From assembly GCA_964406315.1 (NCBI GenBank), contig CAYORG010000005.1, positions 20,802 to 84,801 on the forward strand: a stretch of DNA of 64,000 nt, read 5' to 3'. Made by a program: the position numbers and the translations under genes. The notes beneath the pieces are model-generated. The model worked only from the letters and a program-made list of their open reading frames with translations, was not told the origin of the DNA and did no database searches. How positions within the stretch are numbered: position 1 is the stretch's first letter; every line of letters begins with the position of its first letter. This DNA is from an uncultured Bacteroidales bacterium (lineage in GTDB: Bacteria; Bacteroidota; Bacteroidia; Bacteroidales; UBA10428). Shown one piece after another: positions 49,289 to 58,885 of the stretch.

Positions 49289-51460
49289 ATGAAAAAACAT
49301 GTTCCAATTATCACTTGCACGGTAATTTCATTTGCAATGATACTGAATCTCTATTCGCAGGACTATATTATCAACTATATTTCTACTCCATTCAAATATT
49401 TTGCTGCTCAGTCGGAGCCGGATGCCAACTGGTATCTGCCTGGTTATGATGACTCTTCATGGCCGGTTGATACCGGTTTAATAGGTTATGGAAGTACTGA
49501 TTATAATGTCATTATTAGTGATCAGGCACAATCTCTATATCTACGGTATGAATTCGACCTTGCCGATCCGGATGCATTCAATATCATGAGTTTTCTTGCA
49601 GATTACGATGACGGATACATAGCATACCTGAACGGAAAAGAAATCCTCAGGGTGAATGTTGATGATGATCTGAAATATCCCGCTTTCAATGATCTGTCAA
49701 ACCGCGGTCATGAACCTGAATACAACAAGACAGCCCCGATTCTGGGCTGGTATATTGACTCGACTATTCTTGATACATGCCTGGTTTCAGGAACAAACTC
49801 CATGGCAGTGCATGTACTTAATGACAGCATTGGCGGATCGGATCTTTTTTACGTAATGAATGTTTTTGATTTCAGCAATACTGATTATTACAATATTTAC
49901 GATGGCGCCTGCAGATACAAAAGGCAAGTAGATCTTGATTCTACAAAATTACCGATAGTGATTATCGAATCAGACGAACACGGAATCAGGGTATCAAGGA
50001 TCGAAACCATTGCTCACATGGGTATAATTGCAAATACAGAAGGAGCTTACAACAAACCAACTGACTCTTGCAATGTGTATTACGGGCCGGTTGAAATAGA
50101 GGTCAGAGGCCAGTCTTCAGCTTACTTTCCAAAGCGTTCCTATGATTTTGATTTCAGGGATGAATTTGATGAAGATACAAATATAGCCTTGCTTGGTATG
50201 CCCAGTGAGAGTGATTGGATACTATTTGGCCCCTGGGCAGATAAAAGTCAGTTCAGAAATCCTTTGATATATTACCTTAGCAGCCTTACCGGACAATGGG
50301 CACCACGAACTCAATTTTGCGAAGTCATTCTGAATGGTCAATACGTTGGTTTGTATTCTCTGGTGGAAAAGATAAAAAGAGATAACAACAGGGTAGATAT
50401 TGCCCGATTGAATCCTGACGAAATTTCAGGGATCGATTTGACCGGAGGCTATATTTTCAAACATGACAAGCCTGATTCAAGGTATATTCAGATTTCTTAT
50501 CCGAACGAGGATGATTTACAGCCGGAGCAGGAAGCCTATATTACCGAACATTATGATTACTATAAAAGCGTATTGCATTCAAATGCCGGCCTTGATCCGG
50601 AAACGGGTTACAAAAAATATATTGATGAGTCAACCCTTATTGACTATGTAGTAATTACTGAATTTGCTAAAAATTGTGATGCCTATGCCATGAGTTCGTA
50701 CATGTATAAAGACAGGGATGATAACGATCCGAGAATTAAATTCGGTCCCATTTGGGATTTTGACCTGGCATTTGGTAATTCACCATGGCAAAATGGATAT
50801 GTATATGACGAATGGCAATTTGATTACCCTGATAATCATTGGTTTGATATTCAGAGGCTTTTTGAGGATCCGGATCTTGTCGATCGGTTTGAAGACAGGT
50901 GGTTTGAATTGAGGGAAACTGTGCTTAATGAAAATTCGGTTATGGAAATGATTGACTCATTGGCACTTACTCTGGCTGAACCCATTGCCAGGAATTATTA
51001 TATCTGGCCTGTTATCGACAAATATGTTTTTCAGCAATACTGGCCTTACCATGTAACCAATTACGAAGACGAAATTGATTACTTCAAATCATGGCTCTCT
51101 CAGAGAATTGCATGGGTCGATGATAATATTGACAACCTTTATTACCCGGTCACAGAATACCCATCCGACATCGAGGTTCAGCAAATCGACGAGAGTTTTG
51201 CCAGTCTTCATGTATATCCCAATCCATTTGAAAATGAGTTCAAACTTGATATCTATGTACCGGATCATGGAAATTTGAAAATTCAGATTGTCAATATCAA
51301 CGGGCAGGTGGTTGATATTTTCTTTGACAGTTATATGAGAGGGGGCAGTTATAAGCTTCGCTGGACAGATGAAGCAAATTTGCCTGCCGGTTTATATATG
51401 TTGGACGTTTCTATGGATAATAAGTCACTGGGACATATAAAGCTTGTAAAAACAAAGTAA
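49289..51460 (+). CDS. Secreted CotH-family (atypical kinase fold) protein with T9SS C-terminal sorting domain
   Basis: 723 aa with a signal peptide. N-terminal galactose-binding-like module. CotH blocks VEIEVRGQSSAYFPKRSYDFDF, FRNPLIYYLS, GLYSLVEKIKRD and GPIWDFDLAFGN. T9SS CTD (HVYPNPFENEFKLDI...NINGQVVD...LPAGLYMLDV). Confidence 0.8.
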   Translation: MKKHVPIITCTVISFAMILNLYSQDYIINYISTPFKYFAAQSEPDANWYLPGYDDSSWPVDTGLIGYGSTDYNVIISDQAQSLYLRYEFDLADPDAFNIMSFLADYDDGYIAYLNGKEILRVNVDDDLKYPAFNDLSNRGHEPEYNKTAPILGWYIDSTILDTCLVSGTNSMAVHVLNDSIGGSDLFYVMNVFDFSNTDYYNIYDGACRYKRQVDLDSTKLPIVIIESDEHGIRVSRIETIAHMGIIANTEGAYNKPTDSCNVYYGPVEIEVRGQSSAYFPKRSYDFDFRDEFDEDTNIALLGMPSESDWILFGPWADKSQFRNPLIYYLSSLTGQWAPRTQFCEVILNGQYVGLYSLVEKIKRDNNRVDIARLNPDEISGIDLTGGYIFKHDKPDSRYIQISYPNEDDLQPEQEAYITEHYDYYKSVLHSNAGLDPETGYKKYIDESTLIDYVVITEFAKNCDAYAMSSYMYKDRDDNDPRIKFGPIWDFDLAFGNSPWQNGYVYDEWQFDYPDNHWFDIQRLFEDPDLVDRFEDRWFELRETVLNENSVMEMIDSLALTLAEPIARNYYIWPVIDKYVFQQYWPYHVTNYEDEIDYFKSWLSQRIAWVDDNIDNLYYPVTEYPSDIEVQQIDESFASLHVYPNPFENEFKLDIYVPDHGNLKIQIVNINGQVVDIFFDSYMRGGSYKLRWTDEANLPAGLYMLDVSMDNKSLGHIKLVKTK

Positions 51461-51468
51461 GAAGAAGG

Positions 51469-52758
51469 TCAGTATCTGTATCTCTTATTCCATAATTTCT
51501 TCAACCGGTCAAGAAATTTTTGTTCGGCGGGATTTTCCTGTGGATCATATAGTATTTTTCCTGCAAGGTCATCAGGAAGATAATTCTGATCTATGAAGTT
51601 ACTTTCAAACTCATGGGCATACTTGTATTCTTTTCCATATCCCAATTCTTTCATCAGGGATGTGGGTGCATTTCTGAGATGCAAAGGAACAGGAAGGTCT
51701 CCGGTTTCACCCGCCAGTTTTTGAGCTTCATTAATGGCTTTATAAGCAGAATTACTTTTTGGTGAATTTGCCAGGTATATTGCTGCTTCAGAAAGAATGA
51801 TCCGGGATTCCGGCCAACCAATTTTGTTCACTGCTTCAAAACAAGCATTTGCCAATAACAAAGCATTTGGATTTGCAAGCCCGATATCTTCACTTGCCAG
51901 AACTACAAGTCTGCGTGCTATGAATTTCGGATCTTCACCACCTTCTACCATTCGTGCCAGCCAATACACAGCAGCGTTTGGATCACTTCCCCGTATCGAT
52001 TTTATGAAAGCGGATATTATATCATAGTGTTGCTCTCCGTTTTTATCATAAAAAGCGATGTTTTCCTGCAGCTTATCAGTAACAAGCTTATTGGTTATTA
52101 TGATCTTTTTATTTGTGTCAGAACCATTTGATGAAACGACCAACTCCAGAATATTTAACAATTTTCTGCCATCACCACCGGAAAATCGCAAGAGAGCTTC
52201 ATTTTCTTTTATCTGTACATTTAAGTTTTTCAGGAATATGTCTTTTTTTAATGCGTTGTTCAATATTTCCAACAGTTCTGCTTTATTCAGAGGATTTAAA
52301 ATGTAAACCTGACACCTGGAAAGGAGGGGAGAGATGACTTCAAACGAAGGATTTTCTGTCGTGGCGCCAATTAGTGTTACTATACCCTGTTCAACTGCCC
52401 CGAGCAGGCTGTCTTGTTGTGATTTACTGAAACGGTGAATTTCATCAATGAACAAAATTGGATTAGGTGCATCAAAAAATTGCTGTTTTTTGGCCTTATC
52501 TATTGTCTCTCTTACATCTTTTACACCAGAATTTACAGCGCTTAAACCATGAAAAGGACGATCCAACACCTTCGCAATTATTTTAGCCAGGGTAGTTTTA
52601 CCAACGCCGGGCGGTCCCCAAAGTATAAAAGATGGTATTTTTCCGGATTCAATTGACTGCCTCAGGATTGCACCTTTCCCTACCAGGTGATTCTGCCCTG
52701 TGAAATCATCCAGATTAACAGGTCTCATACGGTCTGCAAGAGGCTGATTTGCTAACAT
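51469..52758 (-). CDS. rarA: Replication-associated recombination protein A (AAA+ ATPase)
   Basis: 429 aa. RPVNLDDFTGQNHLVG, Walker A GPPGVGKTTLA, Walker B FIDEIHRF, and an MgsA C-terminal domain (AAVYWLARM, EDIGLANP). Confidence 0.9.
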   Translation of the reverse strand: MLANQPLADRMRPVNLDDFTGQNHLVGKGAILRQSIESGKIPSFILWGPPGVGKTTLAKIIAKVLDRPFHGLSAVNSGVKDVRETIDKAKKQQFFDAPNPILFIDEIHRFSKSQQDSLLGAVEQGIVTLIGATTENPSFEVISPLLSRCQVYILNPLNKAELLEILNNALKKDIFLKNLNVQIKENEALLRFSGGDGRKLLNILELVVSSNGSDTNKKIIITNKLVTDKLQENIAFYDKNGEQHYDIISAFIKSIRGSDPNAAVYWLARMVEGGEDPKFIARRLVVLASEDIGLANPNALLLANACFEAVNKIGWPESRIILSEAAIYLANSPKSNSAYKAINEAQKLAGETGDLPVPLHLRNAPTSLMKELGYGKEYKYAHEFESNFIDQNYLPDDLAGKILYDPQENPAEQKFLDRLKKLWNKRYRY

Positions 52759-53072
52759 TCAATAAGTATTATTTGCCTGTAAACTTATGAACAAAATATG
52801 ATATCTGAAATGAATCAGGAACCTGAAATATGTTTTCATTCGTTTGTATTCTTTTGCATGAAATGTTGTAATAAATTTCTGCTTGAGACAACCCCGTTTG
52901 CGGTTAACTATTTGATGGACTTTTGAGGCAGCCCCACAAAGCCTTTTCAGACAGCCTTGGATCGTTCTTATTTACGAAAATATAATGTTTCAGCTTTTCC
53001 TGTTTGTTTCATAATTTTTTCGTTTACCTTGGAAACTTTATATTTGATCTCATTTCAAATCCTGCAAAAACT

Positions 53073-53879
53073 ATGAAAGATAAAGTGGTTGTTATTACAG
53101 GGGCTTCATCGGGTATAGGTTTGGCATGTGCCAGGGCATTTGCAAAAGAGGGTTCAAAACTTGTACTTGCTGCCCGATCGTTGGATAAGCTTCAATCTAT
53201 AGCAAGAGAACTTGATCCTGCCGGAGAAAACTGTATAGCGGTAAAAACCGATGTTAGCATAGAAGAAGATTGCAAAAACCTTATTGATAAAACAATTGAA
53301 AAATTTGCAAGACTGGATATTCTGGTAAATAATGCAGGCATTTCAATGAGAGCATTATTGGTGGATGTAGAAACAAGTGTTTTGAGAAAAGTGATGGATG
53401 TTAATTTTTGGGGAACAGTGTATTGTACCAAGTATGCAATTCCTCATTTGCAGGAATCGAAAGGAACACTGGTAGGTGTTAGCTCAATTGCAGGATTTCA
53501 TGGTTTGCCAGGCCGGACTGCATATTCTGCTTCAAAATTTGCCATGCATGGATTTTTGGAAAGTGTGCGGATAGAGAATATGAAGCAAGGTATCCATGTG
53601 ATGTTGCTTGCAGCAAGTTTTACAAGCTCCAACATACGAAAAAATGCATTAACTGAGAATGGTCAGCCGCAGGGTGAAACGCCGAGACCTGAAGAAAAGC
53701 TGACATCACCTGAAAAAGTAGCAAAAAACCTGATCCGCTCCATAAAAAAGAAAAAAAGAACAAGGATCATGTCCTTCGAAGGTCAGTATATGGTTTTGTT
53801 TCAACGTATCGTTCCTTTATGGACTGATTTAGTGATCTATAAAAAATTTGCCAGTGAACCCAATTCTCCTTTAAAGTAA
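53073..53879 (+). CDS. Short-chain dehydrogenase/reductase (SDR)
   Basis: Cofactor motif VVVITGASSGIGLA, NNAG, and the catalytic YSASKFA. The start is moved to ATG 53073 (MKDKVVVITG). Confidence 0.85.
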   Translation: MKDKVVVITGASSGIGLACARAFAKEGSKLVLAARSLDKLQSIARELDPAGENCIAVKTDVSIEEDCKNLIDKTIEKFARLDILVNNAGISMRALLVDVETSVLRKVMDVNFWGTVYCTKYAIPHLQESKGTLVGVSSIAGFHGLPGRTAYSASKFAMHGFLESVRIENMKQGIHVMLLAASFTSSNIRKNALTENGQPQGETPRPEEKLTSPEKVAKNLIRSIKKKKRTRIMSFEGQYMVLFQRIVPLWTDLVIYKKFASEPNSPLK

Positions 53880-53886
53880 ATCATCT

Positions 53887-54294
53887 ATGTTATCATCAGA
53901 AATAAGAATTCGTGTCAGGTATGGTGAAGTTGACAGGATGGGATACCTGCACCATGGCAATTATGCCTTGTATTTCGAAGAAGGCAGGACGGAACTTCTA
54001 CGCGGATTTGGGTTGTCGTACAGAAAAATGGAAGATGATGGAATTTTGTTGCCGGTGCGTGAAATGAATATTCAATATTTAAAACCCGTTTTATACGATG
54101 AAGAGGTTGTCGTGAAAACAACACTTACAAAGAAACCGGGTGTAAAACTGGAATTTGAATATAGCATGCATACTATTTCCGGTGATATACTATCAAAGGC
54201 ATCAACTACCCTCGTTTTTACCGATGCTAAAACAAAAAAAGTGATAAGGGCACCTGAATATTTTCTAAAACTTATTTCTCCGTATTTCGAATAA
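53887..54294 (+). CDS. Acyl-CoA thioesterase, 4HBT/YbgC family (hotdog fold)
   Basis: 135 aa. VRYGEVDRMGYLHHGNYALYFEEGRTELLR is the typical YbgC/FadM N-terminal motif. Confidence 0.8.
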   Translation: MLSSEIRIRVRYGEVDRMGYLHHGNYALYFEEGRTELLRGFGLSYRKMEDDGILLPVREMNIQYLKPVLYDEEVVVKTTLTKKPGVKLEFEYSMHTISGDILSKASTTLVFTDAKTKKVIRAPEYFLKLISPYFE

Positions 54295-54356
54295 TTGTTC
54301 TCTCTTTGTTCCGAACGTTTTAATCACTTAAATTTGCATTAAATCAACGTTGGCGA

Positions 54357-56561
54357 ATGTTTGATTATTCAATTGATAGTGTTAATAAAAAATACCTGGA
54401 GTATTATAATGATGTTTTAAAAGGGCTTAATCAATCCACGATTGAAAAACAGAATGAGCTTCTTGAAAAAGCATTTTTATTATTTCATGAAAACAGAAAA
54501 GGTGATAAAACATTTTATAAAAAAGACGTGATCATTTCTGTTCTTGATGCATCGAAAATTGCAGTTAATGAGATCGGATTGGGATATACTTCAATCATTA
54601 GTCTGTTTATTTATCATGCCTGTGTTAAAGAAAAAATTGCAGCGGATACAATAAAAAAGGTTTTTGGTGATGTTGTTGAAACAATTGCTAACGGCCTGGC
54701 GAAGGTTTCAGATATTCAAAAAGAGACAACTTCTTCGCAGGCAGAAAATTTTAGAAGACTCCTGTTAAGTCTGGCAAAAGATGTACGAGTAATTCTTATT
54801 CGGCTTGCAGAGCAGACTGAACTTATGCGTGAGATGGAGCAAATGACTGAAGAAGAGCGGATCCAGGTGGCCGCAGAAGCATCCTATTTGTATGCACCCC
54901 TGGCACATCGTTTGGGATTGTATCTCATCAAGTCGGAAATGGAAGATATTTCTCTGAAATATACCAACAGATCAGAGTACAACATGATAGCAAGAAAACT
55001 TGCTGAAACGATGAAGACACGGAAAAAATTTATCGATGAGTTTATTCAACCTTTAAAGAACACACTCAATAAGCAAGGATTTGTTTATGATATCATAGGT
55101 CGTCCAAAATCTATTTTTTCCATCTGGATCAAAATGAAGCGTAAAGGGGTTGAGTTTGAGGATATTTATGACTTGTTTGCTATCAGGATTATTCTAAAAA
55201 GTGAATTAACAAACGAGAAGGCTGATTGCTGGCAGGCATATTCAGCTGTTACTGATATATATCAGCCGAATCCATTGCGTTTGAGGGACTGGATTTCTAT
55301 TCCCAAAACCAATGGGTATGAGTCACTTCATACTACTGTGATCGGACCGGATGGCAGGTGGGTGGAAGTACAGATACGAACAGAAAGGATGAACGAAATA
55401 GCAGAGAAGGGTGTGGCGGCTCACTGGAAATACAAGGGCCTTGATGGGGAACAGGGACTTGAGGAGTGGCTCAGAAAGATAAGAGAAATACTTGAAACGC
55501 CCGAACCGGATGCAGATAGTTTTATTGACGATTTTAAGTTGAGTCTGTATTCCAAAGAGATTTTTGTTTTTACCCCCAAAGGTGATTTAAAAAAGTTTCC
55601 GGAAGGTGCATCGGTGCTTGATTTTGCGTACGATATTCATACGGATGTCGGTTCAACATGCACGGGAGCAAGAGTGAACAGCAAAACAGTGCCCATCAGG
55701 TACAAACTGCAAAATGGGGATAGGATTGAGATACTCACGGCAAAGAATCAGTTTCCAAAACTGGACTGGTTAAATTTTGTTGTTACCTCCAAAGCGCAAA
55801 AGAAAATTCGTCAGCAACTGAATGAAGATAAAGTTAAAGAGGCTGAGAATGGTAAAGAGATTATAAAAAGAAGGTTTAAAAACTGGAAAATTGATTATAC
55901 GGATGATGCCATCAGAAAGCTTTTAAAACATTATAAATTGCCAAATGCACAGGAATTTTATTGCGATATTTCATTGAACAAGATAGATCTTTCGGAAGTT
56001 AAAGAAGTCGTTTCGGTTCAGACAGAACAGCCGGAAAACGAAACTTCGGTGTTGGAGGATCTGGAAGTAACAAGAAAACCGGCCGGAAAGAAACCACCTC
56101 CGGAAGATTATCTGATCATTGATGAAAAAGTCGCAAATATCGACTTTAAACTGGCCAAATGTTGTTCTCCCATAATGGGAGACCCGATTTTTGGATTTGT
56201 AACGATCAACGAGGGTATAAAGATCCATAGGATCAATTGCCCGAATGCTGTGCAGCTTATTGGCAAATATGGTTACAGAGTGGTAAAAGCCAAATGGACA
56301 AGAAAAGGTCCGGAACCAATATTTCCTGTCAATATAATTGTTACAGGAGAAGACTATTCACGGATATTAAAAAGCGTATCCGAAGTATTAGCCAAGGACC
56401 TGAAGGTGAATGTCAGATCAATAGCAATTGATGAACAGGAAGGCATGTTTATTGGTAAAATCAATTTGCTTGTAAGAAATATTCAACATCTCGATGCATT
56501 AATATCTCAACTGTCTGCAATAAAAGGCATTTATTCGGTAAGTCGGGCTGAAAGAAATTAG
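54357..56561 (+). CDS. RelA/SpoT-family (p)ppGpp synthetase; hydrolase HD motif appears degenerate
   Basis: 734 aa. Synthetase blocks GRPKSIFSIWIKMKRKG, YDLFAIRIIL and YESLHTTV. TGS (IFVFTPKGDLKKFPEGASVLDFAY) and a C-terminal ACT-like domain. Where SpoT has HP and LLHDVIED, this protein has SV and FIYHACVKE. Confidence 0.9.
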   Translation: MFDYSIDSVNKKYLEYYNDVLKGLNQSTIEKQNELLEKAFLLFHENRKGDKTFYKKDVIISVLDASKIAVNEIGLGYTSIISLFIYHACVKEKIAADTIKKVFGDVVETIANGLAKVSDIQKETTSSQAENFRRLLLSLAKDVRVILIRLAEQTELMREMEQMTEEERIQVAAEASYLYAPLAHRLGLYLIKSEMEDISLKYTNRSEYNMIARKLAETMKTRKKFIDEFIQPLKNTLNKQGFVYDIIGRPKSIFSIWIKMKRKGVEFEDIYDLFAIRIILKSELTNEKADCWQAYSAVTDIYQPNPLRLRDWISIPKTNGYESLHTTVIGPDGRWVEVQIRTERMNEIAEKGVAAHWKYKGLDGEQGLEEWLRKIREILETPEPDADSFIDDFKLSLYSKEIFVFTPKGDLKKFPEGASVLDFAYDIHTDVGSTCTGARVNSKTVPIRYKLQNGDRIEILTAKNQFPKLDWLNFVVTSKAQKKIRQQLNEDKVKEAENGKEIIKRRFKNWKIDYTDDAIRKLLKHYKLPNAQEFYCDISLNKIDLSEVKEVVSVQTEQPENETSVLEDLEVTRKPAGKKPPPEDYLIIDEKVANIDFKLAKCCSPIMGDPIFGFVTINEGIKIHRINCPNAVQLIGKYGYRVVKAKWTRKGPEPIFPVNIIVTGEDYSRILKSVSEVLAKDLKVNVRSIAIDEQEGMFIGKINLLVRNIQHLDALISQLSAIKGIYSVSRAERN

Positions 56562-56577
56562 GCATGGAACAAAAACC

Positions 56578-57249
56578 ATGAATTGTTGTATATTTACATT
56601 GAATTTAATGAAGTTTGATATGGTACGATTTTTGGCTCTTCTGTTGATCTTTATGAATTGCTTTTATCAAACGAGCATTGCACAGGAAGATCAGGTTGAA
56701 AATGATCCCGATCAATTGGAAATAATTACTGTTCAGGATGAATCGGCAAACGAACAAAATGATGTAAAACCCGAAAAGAGATTAAAACCTCATCTTGAAG
56801 CAGGTACTTCATTCACTTATTCACCGAATAATTTTTATGGACCTTCATTTTATATAGCACCAAGTCTTACTTACCTCGTTACTCCTCGTTTTGCAGTAAC
56901 AGCAGGTATTGCCGTAGAACGTTCCAATTATTATGTTTTGCCATCATCGGAACTGTATTCAGATGGAATATTACCGATGACTCGTACTTTTCTGTATGCG
57001 AAAGGGTCGTATCTTCTGACATCACGTCTTACCTTAAGCGGAACGGTATACAAAACGATTAACGATGTGCCAAAAACCGAAGGTGTTTCTTACCCATATG
57101 GTTACAACTATCAGGGCATGATGATGGGGCTTGACTTTAAAATAAACGAATCCATTTCCGTTGGATTCCATGTAGGAACCCACAATGGATATTATAATCC
57201 CAACAGCCTTATACCTCCTGCGGGATATGTCTATGTGCCCGGCTTTTAA
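56578..57249 (+). CDS. Hypothetical small outer-membrane beta-barrel-like protein
   Basis: 223 aa. Signal peptide (the start may be the internal ATG at 56608 or 56620, giving MVRFLALLLIFMNCFYQTSIAQ). Alternating beta-strand pattern and a C-terminal aromatic residue (...YVYVPGF). Confidence 0.45.
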   Translation: MNCCIFTLNLMKFDMVRFLALLLIFMNCFYQTSIAQEDQVENDPDQLEIITVQDESANEQNDVKPEKRLKPHLEAGTSFTYSPNNFYGPSFYIAPSLTYLVTPRFAVTAGIAVERSNYYVLPSSELYSDGILPMTRTFLYAKGSYLLTSRLTLSGTVYKTINDVPKTEGVSYPYGYNYQGMMMGLDFKINESISVGFHVGTHNGYYNPNSLIPPAGYVYVPGF

Positions 57250-57328
57250 TTGATCAGCTTTCGTTTTCTTTATTCCTTCTTAGCTTTCTTTGATCGCCGA
57301 AGCAATGCGAAGGAGAACTAAATTCCGA

Positions 57329-58885
57329 TTAGTTTTTTTTGTACAGTGTGGTCGACTCGTCGTTTGATGATTCAACATTTGCTGTGGCACCTGCCAATGC
57401 ATCAATCTGTACATGAATTGAGTCAAAAACAACCATTTCGGGTTCGGAATATGCAATTTCCAATAATTCTTTTTCAGTACATTCAACCTTACCTTCAAGA
57501 AAAACAGGTCTGTTCATATTTGTTAGGCGTGTATAAAATGAAGCAGGTTTTTCAAAAGGTATTACAAACGGTTTATATGCAGTTCCGGTTGAATCAATAT
57601 AGCTTAAAAAAGGAAGTGTGAACATTCCATCTAAGCGTTTGCTGGCAAAAAGAATCCAGCGTCCATTGCCAGACCAGGAAGGAAAACTCTCGGTATATTC
57701 ACTGTTTACAGGCAATTTAATTAACGTATCCTTGCTGAGATCGAGGATATATAAATCGCTGGAAAAATTGTTTATATTAAAATAACCGTAATCGGCCAGA
57801 CAGAAAAGTACATATTTTCCATCAGGCGATACTTGCGGGTAGGAAACACTTCTATTTATTTTTTCTGAAGACACAAGCATTTCAGCTTCTCCCCATCTTT
57901 TATTCTCCTGATCAAATTCAATACGTAACAAATCATATTTTTCAACACTGTCATGCATATGTTTGTATTTATAATCGGCCTGGATGTAATATAAAAAATT
58001 GCCATCGGGAGACCATGAAGGCATATTTTCAAAGTTTTTTGAAGCTATTTCCGGCGTTGTGAATACTTCATTATTATACAGATCGTAAATTACTATATCT
58101 GATGCATCGTCTCTGACATGATTGATCCTTTCCCCGCTTCCAAAGAAATTCTGATGAATCAGGTTGGTAGAAAAAGCTATGTATTGTCCGCCCGGATGCC
58201 ATGCCGGATAAACAAAAGAAGAAAGGGTATAGCGAGTTTTTGTTGATAGCCACAGGGTTTTGTTCTTCGTTTTTATTAATGTTCCGCTTGGCGACCTGCG
58301 CATGTGCAGAATCATGCTGTTCGGATCTCTGTTCTGGAAAGTATGACAATGAATGCAGTTCTTTTCTGTGTTTTGATTGGAGATAATATCTTGTTCAAAA
58401 AAGTTCTCAAGACTCCTTTGTACTATTGCCATATTTTCCCAAAGGACCATTCCCGGATTTATTCTTCGATAGACAATAAAGGGATCAACAGGATCTTTGG
58501 CAATCCGGTTTTCAATGCATTCAAATTGTTTCCAGATGTTGTTGTTATCTTTAACAACGATCTCAATACGAATTGTTTTACCTATATTCTTTTCTACGAG
58601 TTTTTTCCACTTTTTAATGGGTATTTCAATTTCAGGCACACTCGATCTTAATACAAATCCGTAAGGTTTATCAGAATTGAATTTCACCACAAACAGAGTA
58701 CCTGGTTCTTTAATTATAAAATTGATCGGGGCAATGTTTGGAGGCAATACAATGCCTGTATAATCGGGGAAAATTTCAGGCAATGTATTATAATATTCGG
58801 CGGTTTTATAAGAAGAATTTTCACATGAAAGCAAAAAACAAATTATGAATAATAAGATTATATTTAATGTGTTTGCCCGATTCAT
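57329..58885 (-). CDS. Lipoprotein with PD40/TolB-like beta-propeller repeats and a single CxxCH motif
   Basis: 518 aa. Lipobox FLLSC. CIHCH at residues 177-181 (nt 58343-58357). Four PD40-like repeats: PAWHPGGQYIAFS, PSWSPDGNFLYYI, PQVSPDGKYVLFC and PSWSGNGRWILFAS. Confidence 0.6.
   Translation of the reverse strand: MNRANTLNIILLFIICFLLSCENSSYKTAEYYNTLPEIFPDYTGIVLPPNIAPINFIIKEPGTLFVVKFNSDKPYGFVLRSSVPEIEIPIKKWKKLVEKNIGKTIRIEIVVKDNNNIWKQFECIENRIAKDPVDPFIVYRRINPGMVLWENMAIVQRSLENFFEQDIISNQNTEKNCIHCHTFQNRDPNSMILHMRRSPSGTLIKTKNKTLWLSTKTRYTLSSFVYPAWHPGGQYIAFSTNLIHQNFFGSGERINHVRDDASDIVIYDLYNNEVFTTPEIASKNFENMPSWSPDGNFLYYIQADYKYKHMHDSVEKYDLLRIEFDQENKRWGEAEMLVSSEKINRSVSYPQVSPDGKYVLFCLADYGYFNINNFSSDLYILDLSKDTLIKLPVNSEYTESFPSWSGNGRWILFASKRLDGMFTLPFLSYIDSTGTAYKPFVIPFEKPASFYTRLTNMNRPVFLEGKVECTEKELLEIAYSEPEMVVFDSIHVQIDALAGATANVESSNDESTTLYKKN

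Noticed and set aside
52860-52975. Locally GC-richer patch (gagacaaccccgtttgcgg...ggcagccccacaaagcc) in the rarA/SDR divergent spacer, considered as a small RNA or riboswitch
   Set aside because: I could not fold a convincing conserved structure or match it to any RNA family I know. No terminator-like element follows. The evidence is insufficient.
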